A DNA stretch of 64,000 bases from an uncultured Trueperaceae bacterium (lineage in GTDB: Bacteria > Deinococcota > Deinococci > Deinococcales > Trueperaceae). Numbering within the stretch: the stretch's first letter is position 1; every line of letters begins with the position of its first letter. Position numbers and translations under genes: made by a program. Positions 33,412-42,599 of the stretch are shown piece by piece. Location of the stretch: positions 544,001-608,000 of the forward strand of contig CAWCXJ010000006.1 in the NCBI GenBank assembly GCA_963799485.1, written 5' to 3'. Below the pieces are notes generated by a model, which did not search any database, was not told where the DNA came from, and was given only the letters and a program-made list of their open reading frames with translations.

Positions 33412-33632
33412 AAAAGATTGTACAGCAAAAGCGCCGTAAAGGTGTAGGGTTTGTTACGTTTTTGTCAGCCGGTTTCCGGTCAACTCGTATAAAGCTCCGC
33501 CAGGGTAGTGCTTAGTGCTGCGCATACAGATTTTTGACCTGCACGTGCTTTCTCAGGGATACGGGATTGCCGATTGAGCGTTGGTCGGGCTCGAGGACAT
33601 CTGCCCCTGGCAGCGCGCTTATACTTTTTCTG

Positions 33633-34250
33633 GTGAGGCTCTCTATACGTCAACTCTGGACGCTTGTACTCGTCGGTCTTGTCGCCGCTGCCGTTGCCGG
33701 CTTTGCCTATGTGCAGCTGCAACGTACGGTCACGCCGCAAAACTATACCGAGTTTTACGGCACGCCGCTCGACAATCCCGTTCAGGTCGCACCTTTTACG
33801 CTGACCGACGCGCAGGGTGAACGGGTTACGCTCGCGAAGTGGCGTGGCGACCTGCTCCTCGTGTTTTTCGGCTTTACCCGCTGCCCCGACGTGTGTCCAC
33901 TGACGCTTGGGCGACTGGCGAAAGTCTACGAAGATTTGGGCGAACCCGAAGACCTGCAAGTCGTGATGATTACCGTCGACCCGCAGTACGACACGCCAAA
34001 GCTCACACAGCAGTACGCAGGTAGCTTCAACCCGGATTTTGTAGGCTTGAGCGGCAGCAGCAGCGATATTGCAACTGCTGCTAAAACGTTTTTCGTCGGC
34101 TACCGGGGGCTTAAGAACAACGACTTTTTGCACACCGATTCGGTCGCGCTCCTAGACCGTAAAGGGAAGATGCGCTTTATCTACGGTCAGGACAAGGTGG
34201 CGCGTCTCAGCGAAGACCTGCCCCGGATGCTCGCCTCACGCAAATTTTGA
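33633..34250 (+). CDS. SCO family copper chaperone
   Basis: N-terminal TM; FGFTRCPDVCP, VDP..DT and conserved His. Confidence 0.92.
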   Translation: MRLSIRQLWTLVLVGLVAAAVAGFAYVQLQRTVTPQNYTEFYGTPLDNPVQVAPFTLTDAQGERVTLAKWRGDLLLVFFGFTRCPDVCPLTLGRLAKVYEDLGEPEDLQVVMITVDPQYDTPKLTQQYAGSFNPDFVGLSGSSSDIATAAKTFFVGYRGLKNNDFLHTDSVALLDRKGKMRFIYGQDKVARLSEDLPRMLASRKF

Positions 34251-34252
34251 GC

Positions 34253-35194
34253 TCAGAGCAACTTGTCTAACTCGTCGGCAAAGGTCGGATGCTTGAAGGT
34301 AAAGCCGTCGCGCCCCAACCGTGCCGGAAGCACCTTGGCACTCGCTAAAATGAGCGCGTCGGCGAGACCGCCGAGCGCGAGGCGCAACGCGAAAGCCGGA
34401 GCCGGAACGACTGCCGGACGTGAGAGCTTAGCGGCTGTTTGCCGGGTCAGTTCAAGCTGCCGCACCGGTTCGGGTGCGGTGAGGTTATAGACGCCTACCT
34501 CGTCACTTTCAAGCAAAAAAAGAATGGCGCGGGCAAGGTCGCCCGCGTCGATCCACGAAAACCACTGTTGCCCGCTGCCGAGCGGCCCACCGACAAAGAG
34601 CTTGATAGGCAAGAGCAGCTTCTGCCAGGTTTCGGCCTCTTTTGACAGCACGATACCGAAACGCCCGGTGACAAGCCGTGCGCCGCCCGCGTCTCCCGGC
34701 GCTGCTTCCCAGAGCCGACAAAGCTCGCTGAGCGGCTCGTTGCCGATAGGCGAGCGCTCGGTCAGTTCGGTGTCGCCACGGTCGCCGTAAAAGCCGGTTG
34801 CCGAGGCTTGGAACCAGACTTTGGCGGGGCTTTCAGCGCGTCTTTGCGCGAGCAGGAGCGCTTCGGCACTCTCGAGGCGGCTCGTTAGGATACGCTCCAA
34901 ATGGTCTTTGCCGAGTCTGCCGTCGGCAATCGAAGCGCCCGCCAGGTTGATAATCGCGTGTGCACCCGAAACGGCTTCCGTAAGACTTCTAAGCGCAGCC
35001 TCGTCGCCCCGACTCGCCGCTTTAGCGTCCCACGTGACCCAGGTTTGACCGTCCGGGGCGGTTCTGCCACGGCTCCGGGTCAACAGGCGCAGGTCGTAGC
35101 TATCTTTAGCCGCCTGAATCAAGTGTGAACCGACGAGGCCGGACGCGCCGGAAATCACGAGCACAGGACGCTTGGATTTGCTGTCTACAGTCAT
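34253..35194 (-). CDS. TIGR01777-family epimerase/oxidoreductase (YfcH-like)
   Basis: GASGLVG, INLAGA, ASA.GFYG, LC..WE and GGPLGSGQQW.SWI. Confidence 0.9.
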   Translation of the reverse strand: MTVDSKSKRPVLVISGASGLVGSHLIQAAKDSYDLRLLTRSRGRTAPDGQTWVTWDAKAASRGDEAALRSLTEAVSGAHAIINLAGASIADGRLGKDHLERILTSRLESAEALLLAQRRAESPAKVWFQASATGFYGDRGDTELTERSPIGNEPLSELCRLWEAAPGDAGGARLVTGRFGIVLSKEAETWQKLLLPIKLFVGGPLGSGQQWFSWIDAGDLARAILFLLESDEVGVYNLTAPEPVRQLELTRQTAAKLSRPAVVPAPAFALRLALGGLADALILASAKVLPARLGRDGFTFKHPTFADELDKLL

Positions 35195-35270
35195 ACACCA
35201 GCGTAGCGTAGCGCTCGCCGCCAGACTGCGCTGCACCCGACGGTCGCTGCCGACAGGTCAAGCGAGCGGC

Positions 35271-35777
35271 CTACTTCGACAAGCTGGCAAGTTGTTTGAC
35301 AAGGCTCGGGGTCAGGGCGCTGTGAAGCTCCGAGTGCCCCGCCTTTAGCGCTCCGTCGAGCCGTACTATCATCCCTTTACGAAAACGTACCCCGGCGCGA
35401 CCTTCCGCGCCGCTAAGCAGATAACTCGTCAGGCCGCTCAAGTAAGGTTCGTGACCAACGAGAGCGACAGTCGTGTCGGACTTTCTCAGGGTTTCCCGGA
35501 GCACGGTTAAAAGTCCGGGGTAGTCGTCGCCGGTTAGTTCGCTCAGCAGCTCGAGCCGCCCGCCCCGAACGTGCGGCGTCAGCGGTGCGGCGGTTTCGGC
35601 GGCGCGGATATAGGGCGACGAAAAGAGCCGGTGAAAGCGGATGTCGAGGTTGCTGAGGGTCTGGGAGAGTATCTCCGCTTGTTTTTGGCCTTTGCGCGAC
35701 AAGGGGCGCAGATGGTCGTCCGGGTTTTCGTGGCGCGCCGCGCCCGCGTGGGCGTGCCGGATTAGATAGAGCGTCAT
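35271..35777 (-). CDS. sixA: Phosphohistidine phosphatase SixA
   Basis: LIRHA, RPLS.KG, SSP..RA.ETA and VGHEP. Confidence 0.88.
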   Translation of the reverse strand: MTLYLIRHAHAGAARHENPDDHLRPLSRKGQKQAEILSQTLSNLDIRFHRLFSSPYIRAAETAAPLTPHVRGGRLELLSELTGDDYPGLLTVLRETLRKSDTTVALVGHEPYLSGLTSYLLSGAEGRAGVRFRKGMIVRLDGALKAGHSELHSALTPSLVKQLASLSK

Positions 35778-36380
35778 CTACAACCGTCCTAAAAGAGTCA
35801 GCGCGTGTGTGAGCTTGTCTTGCGCGTGGGGCGTAAGGCCGGGTCGGGTCAGGGGTGCTGCAAACGTCTCGAGGTCGGCGTCTGGCGTGTCGGCTGCGGC
35901 TTCAAGCTCGAGTTCAAGGAAGGTGACGCGCTGCTCGCCGTGCGTACTCGTCACTTTGTCGAAGGTCAGTTCGGCCTGGACTTTTCCGGCCTCGACGAGC
36001 AGATAACGTTTACGCGCTGTGCTGAGTTCTAAAAGCGGCTCGAGCTTGTCGATGACCCCGAGCGGCTCGAGTTTAGCCAATATGACGTCGGGCCAAACGT
36101 CGGCGCAGGGCAGCTCGAGTTCTTCGCGGGTGTGCAGACTCCCGTTCACGACGTCCGCGCCTTTATAGGTCGCCAGCGTTTGCCCACCGAAATACCGCTG
36201 CCGCAACGCCACACCCGCGCGCAGCAGGGTCAGGCCGGGCGTGTCGTAGTAGATGTCCCTTTGTTCCCGGACGCCTTGGGCGTGAAGCTCGAGGCCCAGC
36301 ACCGCGTACTGCTCTTGTAGCTGCCTCACTTCGGGAAACGCCCCGGCAACCTCGAATTTGTGTTCACGTTCAAACGCCAT
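35778..36380 (-). CDS. CYTH domain protein
   Basis: E.E.KF, D.YYDT, ALR.R, REELE and ELELE. Confidence 0.88.
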   Translation of the reverse strand: MAFEREHKFEVAGAFPEVRQLQEQYAVLGLELHAQGVREQRDIYYDTPGLTLLRAGVALRQRYFGGQTLATYKGADVVNGSLHTREELELPCADVWPDVILAKLEPLGVIDKLEPLLELSTARKRYLLVEAGKVQAELTFDKVTSTHGEQRVTFLELELEAAADTPDADLETFAAPLTRPGLTPHAQDKLTHALTLLGRL

Positions 36381-36407
36381 ACCCTACTCTAGCTGCATCA
36401 CAGCTGC

Positions 36408-36461
36408 TTGACATAGGTTGCGGCGCTACCTATACTAAGCTATACCTTAATTGTTTAGGTA
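36408..36461 (+). promoter_or_regulatory. lexA promoter with two palindromic operator candidates
   Basis: TTGACA-N17-TATACT; ATAGGT-N9-ACCTAT in the spacer and TACCT-N9-AGGTA just downstream. Confidence 0.75.
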
Positions 36462-36502
36462 CCAACCAAACAGCAGAAGACGGGAGTCATAAAGGTGAAG
36501 GC

Positions 36503-37117
36503 ATGAACGAACTACCAAAAATGCAACGAAAAGTTTATGAACGCCTCTGTGAGGTCAAAGAGCGCACCGGCAGAGCGCCGGACTTGGCGGTTTTTGCCAG
36601 AGAGCTCAACATTCACTATGTTTCGTTGCGGCAGCATCTTGAAGCCTTGCACCGTAAAGGGTTTTTAGTCTTCGAGAGCCGTGGGCGTGGTCAGTCGCCA
36701 CGTTTGGAATTGCCGCTCAGGGCAACCGGCGTCCCGGTCTTGGGGAGCATTCCCGCCGGGCCTTTAAGCGAAGCGCTCGCTGAACCCGAGGGGTTTTTAC
36801 CGCTCAGCAACGCCCGCGAGCAGTTTGCGCTGCGCGTCTCCGGGAACTCGATGGCCGACCTGATTCAAAACGGCGACATCGTGCTCTTTCGTCAGGGAAT
36901 GCCCGAACGAAGCGGCGAAATCTGCGCGGTGAGAGTTGAGAGCAGTGAAGTCACCCTCAAGTATGTAGACCGGCTCGAGCCCAAAACCATCGCCCTGCGT
37001 CCGCACAACCCGCAATATCCGACCCTGGCAGTTCCGGCCCGAGACGTTCACATCGAAGGTGTATACGTCGGGCTGGTACGTGGTGAGCTGATTGGAGCGC
37101 TTTATGAAGACTGTTAG
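36503..37117 (+). CDS. lexA: LexA-like self-cleaving repressor (S24)
   Basis: wHTH N-terminus; IPAG cleavage site, G.SM serine and TLK lysine. Confidence 0.85.
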   Translation: MNELPKMQRKVYERLCEVKERTGRAPDLAVFARELNIHYVSLRQHLEALHRKGFLVFESRGRGQSPRLELPLRATGVPVLGSIPAGPLSEALAEPEGFLPLSNAREQFALRVSGNSMADLIQNGDIVLFRQGMPERSGEICAVRVESSEVTLKYVDRLEPKTIALRPHNPQYPTLAVPARDVHIEGVYVGLVRGELIGALYEDC

Positions 37118-37230
37118 GTTTTAGGCTTGCGAGCGCCCGCGCCATCCGCCAAGATTTGCGGGCCTCACCCTGATCACGCCTCTCATGTAGCCGAACTTAG
37201 CCGTAACCGACTCGAACAGAAGGAGAACGT

Positions 37231-37587
37231 ATGAACCATCCTGTCTCAACCTTTAGGGCGTTGTCAAGCGCGTTTCAGTACGACGCCGCCAGCCCGAGTG
37301 TCGATACCCTGGCCGCTGAGTTGGCTGCCCAAGTAGGTAGGGGAAGCCACGCCCTCTTGCTGGGTCTTATTCACCGCGACGCCGTGCGCAAGTTTTACGG
37401 TCTTGTTTACCTGCTCGATGGTTACGGCCTCACACTCCGGCAACGCCACCGCGTACAGGGCGACGGCGTATTCGTTTACGCCGAACGTAAAAATGCTGCG
37501 CTGTCCGAGTTCGAGGGTGCCGTGGTTTCAGAGCGTGTTTCTGAACGTGTCACCGAAAGTCCTTACGTGTTCCCGCAGGCGGCTTGA
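37231..37587 (+). CDS. Hypothetical protein
   Basis: AAGGAG RBS; 118 aa; ends 1 nt before the next ATG. Confidence 0.75.
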   Translation: MNHPVSTFRALSSAFQYDAASPSVDTLAAELAAQVGRGSHALLLGLIHRDAVRKFYGLVYLLDGYGLTLRQRHRVQGDGVFVYAERKNAALSEFEGAVVSERVSERVTESPYVFPQAA

Positions 37588-37588
37588 G

Positions 37589-38323
37589 ATGGCGCTCTCC
37601 TGGGATGAACTGAGTGCAAAGCTGGCAGAACCCTTTCCGGCGGCGGTCGTGTCGTGGCGGGCAGGTTCGGTCAGCCGTGACAAAAAGCGGGCGCAGGCGC
37701 TTGCCTACGCTGAACCTAGAGTTTATGAAGACCGCCTCAATGAGGTTTTAGGCCCGGACTGGTCGTGCCGTTTTATCACCTGGGGTGAGCAGCGCCTTCT
37801 CTGTGAGCTGAGCGTCACCGTGCAAGACGGCGCGGGCGGCGTCCGCGCAATCACCCGTACCTCGACCGGCGAGTTCGATTCGAACGACCGGGTGGCCCAA
37901 GGGACGGCAGCGGAAGCGCAGGCGTTCAAACGGGCGTGTAGCAAGTTTGGTTTGGGCCGTTACCTCTACGATTTGCCGATTTCGTGGGTCGGCTACGACG
38001 AGAACACCTGTCGCCTGACCGAAACGCCGAGTTTGCCCAAACAGAGCACCGCAGCACCGAAACCCGCGCCTGTTACGGAAGTGCGTGAAGCTGAACCCAC
38101 TGGCCCGATGCTTTCAGCGCGGCGCGCCGACGCGATGCAGCGCGAACTCAAGAAACTTGGGTTCGCCGAACGCGAACAGCGCAGGCTTGCCGAAAAAGTC
38201 TTGGGTCATAAGGTCGCACAGTTTTCCGAGCTGACCGAAGCGGAAGCGCTCGAGGTCTGGAACGTCGCACGGCGCTCACCGCTCAAAGCACCCCCACGCA
38301 CGGCGCACGCGGCAGGGCTTTAG
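37589..38323 (+). CDS. Rad52/Rad22-family single-strand annealing protein (DdrA-like)
   Basis: L..PF....V.WR, ALAY...R...DRLNEV.G..W and QAFKRACSKFGLGRYLYDLP..WV. Confidence 0.88.
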   Translation: MALSWDELSAKLAEPFPAAVVSWRAGSVSRDKKRAQALAYAEPRVYEDRLNEVLGPDWSCRFITWGEQRLLCELSVTVQDGAGGVRAITRTSTGEFDSNDRVAQGTAAEAQAFKRACSKFGLGRYLYDLPISWVGYDENTCRLTETPSLPKQSTAAPKPAPVTEVREAEPTGPMLSARRADAMQRELKKLGFAEREQRRLAEKVLGHKVAQFSELTEAEALEVWNVARRSPLKAPPRTAHAAGL

Positions 38324-38478
38324 TGTCCGCACCAGCCTCACCGCCGCCCGAAACCGAAACCTGGGCGGCGGAGGTTCGTTACCGCTGTCCGAAATGTCGG
38401 CTCGAGGTCGGCCTGATGTTAAAAGCGTCGGTCAGTTGCAGCCGCTGTGGGCGGGCGATGAAGCGCACGACGAAATAG
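38323..38478 (+). CDS. Small zinc-ribbon protein, 51 aa (not in the ORF track)
   Basis: GTG overlaps the previous TAG; YRCPKC...CSRCG. Confidence 0.6.
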   Translation: MSAPASPPPETETWAAEVRYRCPKCRLEVGLMLKASVSCSRCGRAMKRTTK

Positions 38479-38491
38479 CGAGGTGGCAGCT

Positions 38492-38725
38492 ATGTTGCCT
38501 GAACTCACCCTGATAACTTGTGAGACGTGTGGCGGCGACGGTTACACCCTCTTTCTGACCGAAGCGGCGGGCGACGGTTTGCCCACTGAACACAGTGAAG
38601 CTTGTACAGTTTGCGGCGGTTCAGGAGAGGTCGAGGTTTGTGAGGGGTGCTTTGAAGTGCCCGAGATTTCAGGCGGGCTCGAGGTCTGTAGTTGTGTCTC
38701 GGTGGCCTTACGCCGCGCCGCCTAA
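38492..38725 (+). CDS. Small Cys-rich zinc-finger protein (DnaJ-type CxxCxGxG repeats)
   Basis: CETCGGDG, CTVCGGSG, CEGC and CSC; GAGG RBS. Confidence 0.7.
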   Translation: MLPELTLITCETCGGDGYTLFLTEAAGDGLPTEHSEACTVCGGSGEVEVCEGCFEVPEISGGLEVCSCVSVALRRAA

Positions 38726-38794
38726 ACTCGGCTCACAGCTGCAACTGAACCATGGGCCGCTTCGGGCGGCTCAGAAACGGTTTTTCAGGTTTCG

Positions 38795-39556
38795 TTACGT
38801 GTTTTCAAGTGAATGGTTGTCGAAATCGTAGCCGAACAGCTCGATGTCCCTGCGGTAAACGTCCGCTACGATGGCTTTGGCTTCTTCGGAGTAGTAGTCG
38901 CGGAAGTCTTTTTGCTTACCCTCAGTGACATTGATGCTGTTTAACGCTGTACCGATGCCGAGTTTTGCTCGTATGGTTTCGTAGTCTGTTACGAGCGTCT
39001 CGTAACGACCAATGAAATCCACTACCGGGTCGCGTTTGCCGGGCAAGCAAAGGTAGGTGTACTGGGGTCTGAAATGTCTTCCTAAACGAACATTTCTTGC
39101 ACTCAGCCAACCTTTGACGAAGGCGTCGAAATCACGGTAGCGCGACAAGTACTTTTGGGACCAGCGCAGGTCGCCCTGATTACGCCCCCCTTTTTTTAAG
39201 AAGAAGTAGGCAGACACTGCGCGGTCCCAGGGGTTTCTGACGAAGGTAAACTTAAAAAACTGCTCGAATTCTTGGTTACTAAAAATCGTTTGATACTCCA
39301 GAACCGAAAGATGATTACCGGTAACACCGCCGAACAGACCGGTACCTACGGATATACCTGCCGCTTTGGGAATATGCACGAAAATACAGCGGTTGTCGTA
39401 AAACGGTTTGAGCGACGACCTCGCGGGGTCTGCCCCTGTGGAGTACGGCAAGCCGTGAAATAAACCGTGCTTCCTGAGGTAAGCGTTACTGAAAAGGCGG
39501 CGTCTATATTCTAACGGAAGACGCCACAAGAGGTTTTTCGCGGTACGCTTGATCAT
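38795..39556 (-). CDS. Sulfotransferase family 2 protein
   Basis: FVHIPKAAG.S, FVRNPWDR.VS.Y, HF.PQ, FIGRYE and Y..D..LFGY. Confidence 0.9.
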   Translation of the reverse strand: MIKRTAKNLLWRLPLEYRRRLFSNAYLRKHGLFHGLPYSTGADPARSSLKPFYDNRCIFVHIPKAAGISVGTGLFGGVTGNHLSVLEYQTIFSNQEFEQFFKFTFVRNPWDRAVSAYFFLKKGGRNQGDLRWSQKYLSRYRDFDAFVKGWLSARNVRLGRHFRPQYTYLCLPGKRDPVVDFIGRYETLVTDYETIRAKLGIGTALNSINVTEGKQKDFRDYYSEEAKAIVADVYRRDIELFGYDFDNHSLENT

Positions 39557-39734
39557 CCTGAAAATTATCCCTTAACTTTGACTACTCGCTGCTTTCTGGT
39601 GGCGAAGCGGAGGTTGGTTGCACCCACTACTGTCTAAGCAGCACGCCGTAAACCCTGCAAAGTTTAACAGATACCGGACTACAGGTGTGCGGTTACGCCG
39701 CAAACCGGTAAGAACCGGATAGGCTATAACCCGG

Positions 39735-40910
39735 TTAGGCCCCGGCTAGCGCCCGCTCACGCAGTTCAGCTACTTTATCGGTTTTCTCCCAGGGAAACTC
39801 CGCGCGCCCGAAGTGACCATACGCGCTCGTCTCTCGGTAAATCGGGCGTTTAAGGTTGAGCTGCGCGATAATTGCCGCCGGACGTGCGTCGAAAACATCT
39901 TGCAAGAGTTCGGCGAGCAGCTCATCTGAGAGGTCTGAAGTGCCGAAGGTGTCTACATAGATACCGACGGGTTGCGCGACGCCGATGGCGTAAGCAAGCT
40001 GAACTTGCGCGCGTTTGGCGAGCCCCGCCGCAACCAGGTTTTTAGCCATATAGCGCGCGTAGTACGAGGCGCTGCGGTCGACTTTGGTCGGGTCTTTACC
40101 GCTAAACGCACCGCCACCGTGCGGCGCGGCCCCGCCGTAGGTATCGACGATAATCTTGCGCCCGGTGAGCCCTGCGTCCCCTTCGGGGCCGCCGATAACA
40201 AAGCGCCCGGTCGGGTTGATATAAAAGCGCGTCTCGGCAGTTAGTAGCTGCTCGGGGATGGCGGCGCGGATGACGTGGGTCTCGAGGTCTGTTATCAGCC
40301 GGTCATTCTCGACGTCCGGGTCGTGTTGCGCGGACAAGACGACCGCCGTAACTTTTACGGGGGCGTCGCCGTCGTAGGCAATCGTCACCTGCGCCTTGCC
40401 GTCCGGGCGAAGATAACCCAGCAACCCGGTTTTTCTCACCTCCGCCAAGCGGCGGGTCAAGGCGTGTGCGAGGGTAATAGGTAGCGGCATCAGCTCAGGG
40501 GTTTCGTCGGTGGCGTAGCCGAACATCAGCCCCTGGTCGCCCGCGCCCACGAGGTCGTAAGGGTCTCCCGAACCCGCGTCTTGCGCGCGTGAAACGCCCT
40601 GCGCGATATCAGGCGACTGTTCGGTAATCGCAATCAGCACCGCCGAATGGTCGGCGTCGATGCCGTAAGCGGCGTCGGTGTAGCCGACTTCGCGCACCGT
40701 ATCGCGCACCAGCCGCTGCAGATCGACGTAGCCGTTACAGGTGACTTCTCCGGCGATCAGTGCGAGCCCTTTAGTTAGAATAGTTTCAGCGGCGACGCGG
40801 GCGTCCGGGTCAACAGCTAACATCGCGTCCAAAACGCTGTCGCTGATACGGTCGGCGAGTTTGTCGGGGTGGCCTTCCGTGACCGATTCTGAAGTGATGA
40901 GTTTATACAT
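39735..40910 (-). CDS. metK: S-adenosylmethionine synthetase
   Basis: [27 protein letters not shown] and YGHFGR. Confidence 0.98.
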   Translation of the reverse strand: MYKLITSESVTEGHPDKLADRISDSVLDAMLAVDPDARVAAETILTKGLALIAGEVTCNGYVDLQRLVRDTVREVGYTDAAYGIDADHSAVLIAITEQSPDIAQGVSRAQDAGSGDPYDLVGAGDQGLMFGYATDETPELMPLPITLAHALTRRLAEVRKTGLLGYLRPDGKAQVTIAYDGDAPVKVTAVVLSAQHDPDVENDRLITDLETHVIRAAIPEQLLTAETRFYINPTGRFVIGGPEGDAGLTGRKIIVDTYGGAAPHGGGAFSGKDPTKVDRSASYYARYMAKNLVAAGLAKRAQVQLAYAIGVAQPVGIYVDTFGTSDLSDELLAELLQDVFDARPAAIIAQLNLKRPIYRETSAYGHFGRAEFPWEKTDKVAELRERALAGA

Positions 40911-41130
40911 AGTTCTCCTAAAACCTGTAATTCTCCTAAAACCCGTGCTCGCAACACGCCTCGCCGCAAGCAAGACGTGTGCTGCGTCTTAAAACAACAC
41001 GGCGTCCCTAAGTCCGGTGAGTATAGCAAGCGGCTTAGACGGTTTGAGGGCGCTGCCTTACGGCGCCCGGCTTTTGATACCCGTCAACGTTTGGCTGTCG
41101 TATCCGGACTCGGAGGTATACTGAGGGTCT

Positions 41131-41652
41131 GTGTCTCACCGGGTCGCCAACGCTGTTATCCGCGCTGCAACACCTGCCGACGCGCCGGCGCTCGCCGCGC
41201 TTCACCGCAGCATTTACGACGAGGGTCGCTGGTTTGTCGGGGACGGCCCGCCTACCGCTGAGACGTTGCGCGGACGGCTCAGAGCGCTCGAGCCCGCGCG
41301 TTCGCTCTATTTAGTTGCAGTCTCGGAGGGTGTCTGGGCCAAAGCGCAAGTAAGCGGGTGGCTCGAGCTTCACCGCCTCACGCCCAAAAAGCTGGCGCAC
41401 GTCGCGGTTTTAACGCTCGCAGTGGGTAAACCGTTTCGGCGGCGGGGTTTGGCGGAGGCGCTCCTGACACATGCTTACCCGTGGGCGCGGGAGGTCGGGG
41501 TTCACAAGCTGCAGCTGAGCGTGCGGGCCAAAAACCTTGCGGCGCTCGCACTGTATGAACGTGAAGGGTTCGGGCTCGAGGGCCGCGAACGCGACCAGGT
41601 ATTTGACGCTGACGGCTTTGAAGACAACCTCGTGATGGCGAAGTTTTTGTGA
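41131..41652 (+). CDS. GNAT family N-acetyltransferase
   Basis: IR.AT..D, RRRGLA..L and N..A.ALY...GF..EG. Confidence 0.88.
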   Translation: MSHRVANAVIRAATPADAPALAALHRSIYDEGRWFVGDGPPTAETLRGRLRALEPARSLYLVAVSEGVWAKAQVSGWLELHRLTPKKLAHVAVLTLAVGKPFRRRGLAEALLTHAYPWAREVGVHKLQLSVRAKNLAALALYEREGFGLEGRERDQVFDADGFEDNLVMAKFL

Positions 41653-41674
41653 CGCGCCCTTTATACTGTCCTTA

Positions 41675-42244
41675 ATGGATAGCCGCAGTGCAAATACCGG
41701 TGCAAGCCCTAGCACACCCCGCTCAGATTCACGTATCGGGGAATGGCGTGAACAGCGCGTCGCCTTATTCGTCGATACCCAAAACCTCTACTACGCCGCC
41801 CGCGACGTCTACAGCCGCCACGTCGATTACGAAACGCTCCTGTCACTGAGCATCCGGGGCCGCCGTCTGGCGCAGGCGAGCGCCTACGTCGTCGAACGCG
41901 AGGGTGAGGCGACCGCTTACGGCTTCGTCACCAAACTTTCGTCGCTCGGCTACCGGGTGCGCCGCCGTAAAGTGCGGGTTCACCGCGCCGACAGCGGCGG
42001 GCGGCCCGTGTTGGAGGGCGACTGGGATATGGGCGTCGCCGCCGACATCGTGCGGGCGTGGGATTTTGTCGATGTGATTGTCCTGGCAAGTGGTGACGGC
42101 GACTTTGTGCCGCTTTTAGAGCTGGCGCAGCAGCGGGGTAAACGTGTCGAGGTGCTGGCGTTTCGGGAAGCCTCCTCCCAACTCCTTCTGGACCTCGCCG
42201 ACGCCTTTCAAAACCTCGCCGACGCTCCGGATATTTTTGTCTGA
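41675..42244 (+). CDS. NYN domain protein (LabA/DUF88)
   Basis: FVDTQNLY, GDWD.G and SGDGDF.PL. Confidence 0.9.
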   Translation: MDSRSANTGASPSTPRSDSRIGEWREQRVALFVDTQNLYYAARDVYSRHVDYETLLSLSIRGRRLAQASAYVVEREGEATAYGFVTKLSSLGYRVRRRKVRVHRADSGGRPVLEGDWDMGVAADIVRAWDFVDVIVLASGDGDFVPLLELAQQRGKRVEVLAFREASSQLLLDLADAFQNLADAPDIFV

Positions 42245-42599
42245 GCGCCGTAAAACGCCGTAAAAGTGTGGCCTACCGTAAAAAGCGCTGCGCCGTCGTC
42301 CTTCTGAAAACGGCTTTCTCGTCGCTACAGCTTGTGTCCCTATCTGTATGCTGGCTGATGCTCGAGGTCTACAGCACTTAAGCAGTTAGCGGCTACGTTC
42401 ATCGTTGTAGCATGCGCGTGCTAGACAACTTGACAACTTGGGTGGACGTGGTTGCGTCAGTTCCCGGATGATACCTGCTAACGGTGTTTTACGGCGTCAA
42501 ATTGGGTTGACCGTCGCTGAGGGCGGCAGCAAACTCTTTTACGGTAGAGCGTGATTCTTTTTCAAACGCCTTTTGCCCTTTTACGGTATCACGGTGGCT

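Noticed and set aside
40911..41030. SAM riboswitch upstream of metK
   Set aside because: Could not find the conserved SAM-I core or another SAM-class consensus
42245..42599. RiPP precursor peptide for YcaO
   Set aside because: No convincing ORF with an RBS or a Cys/Ser/Thr-rich core
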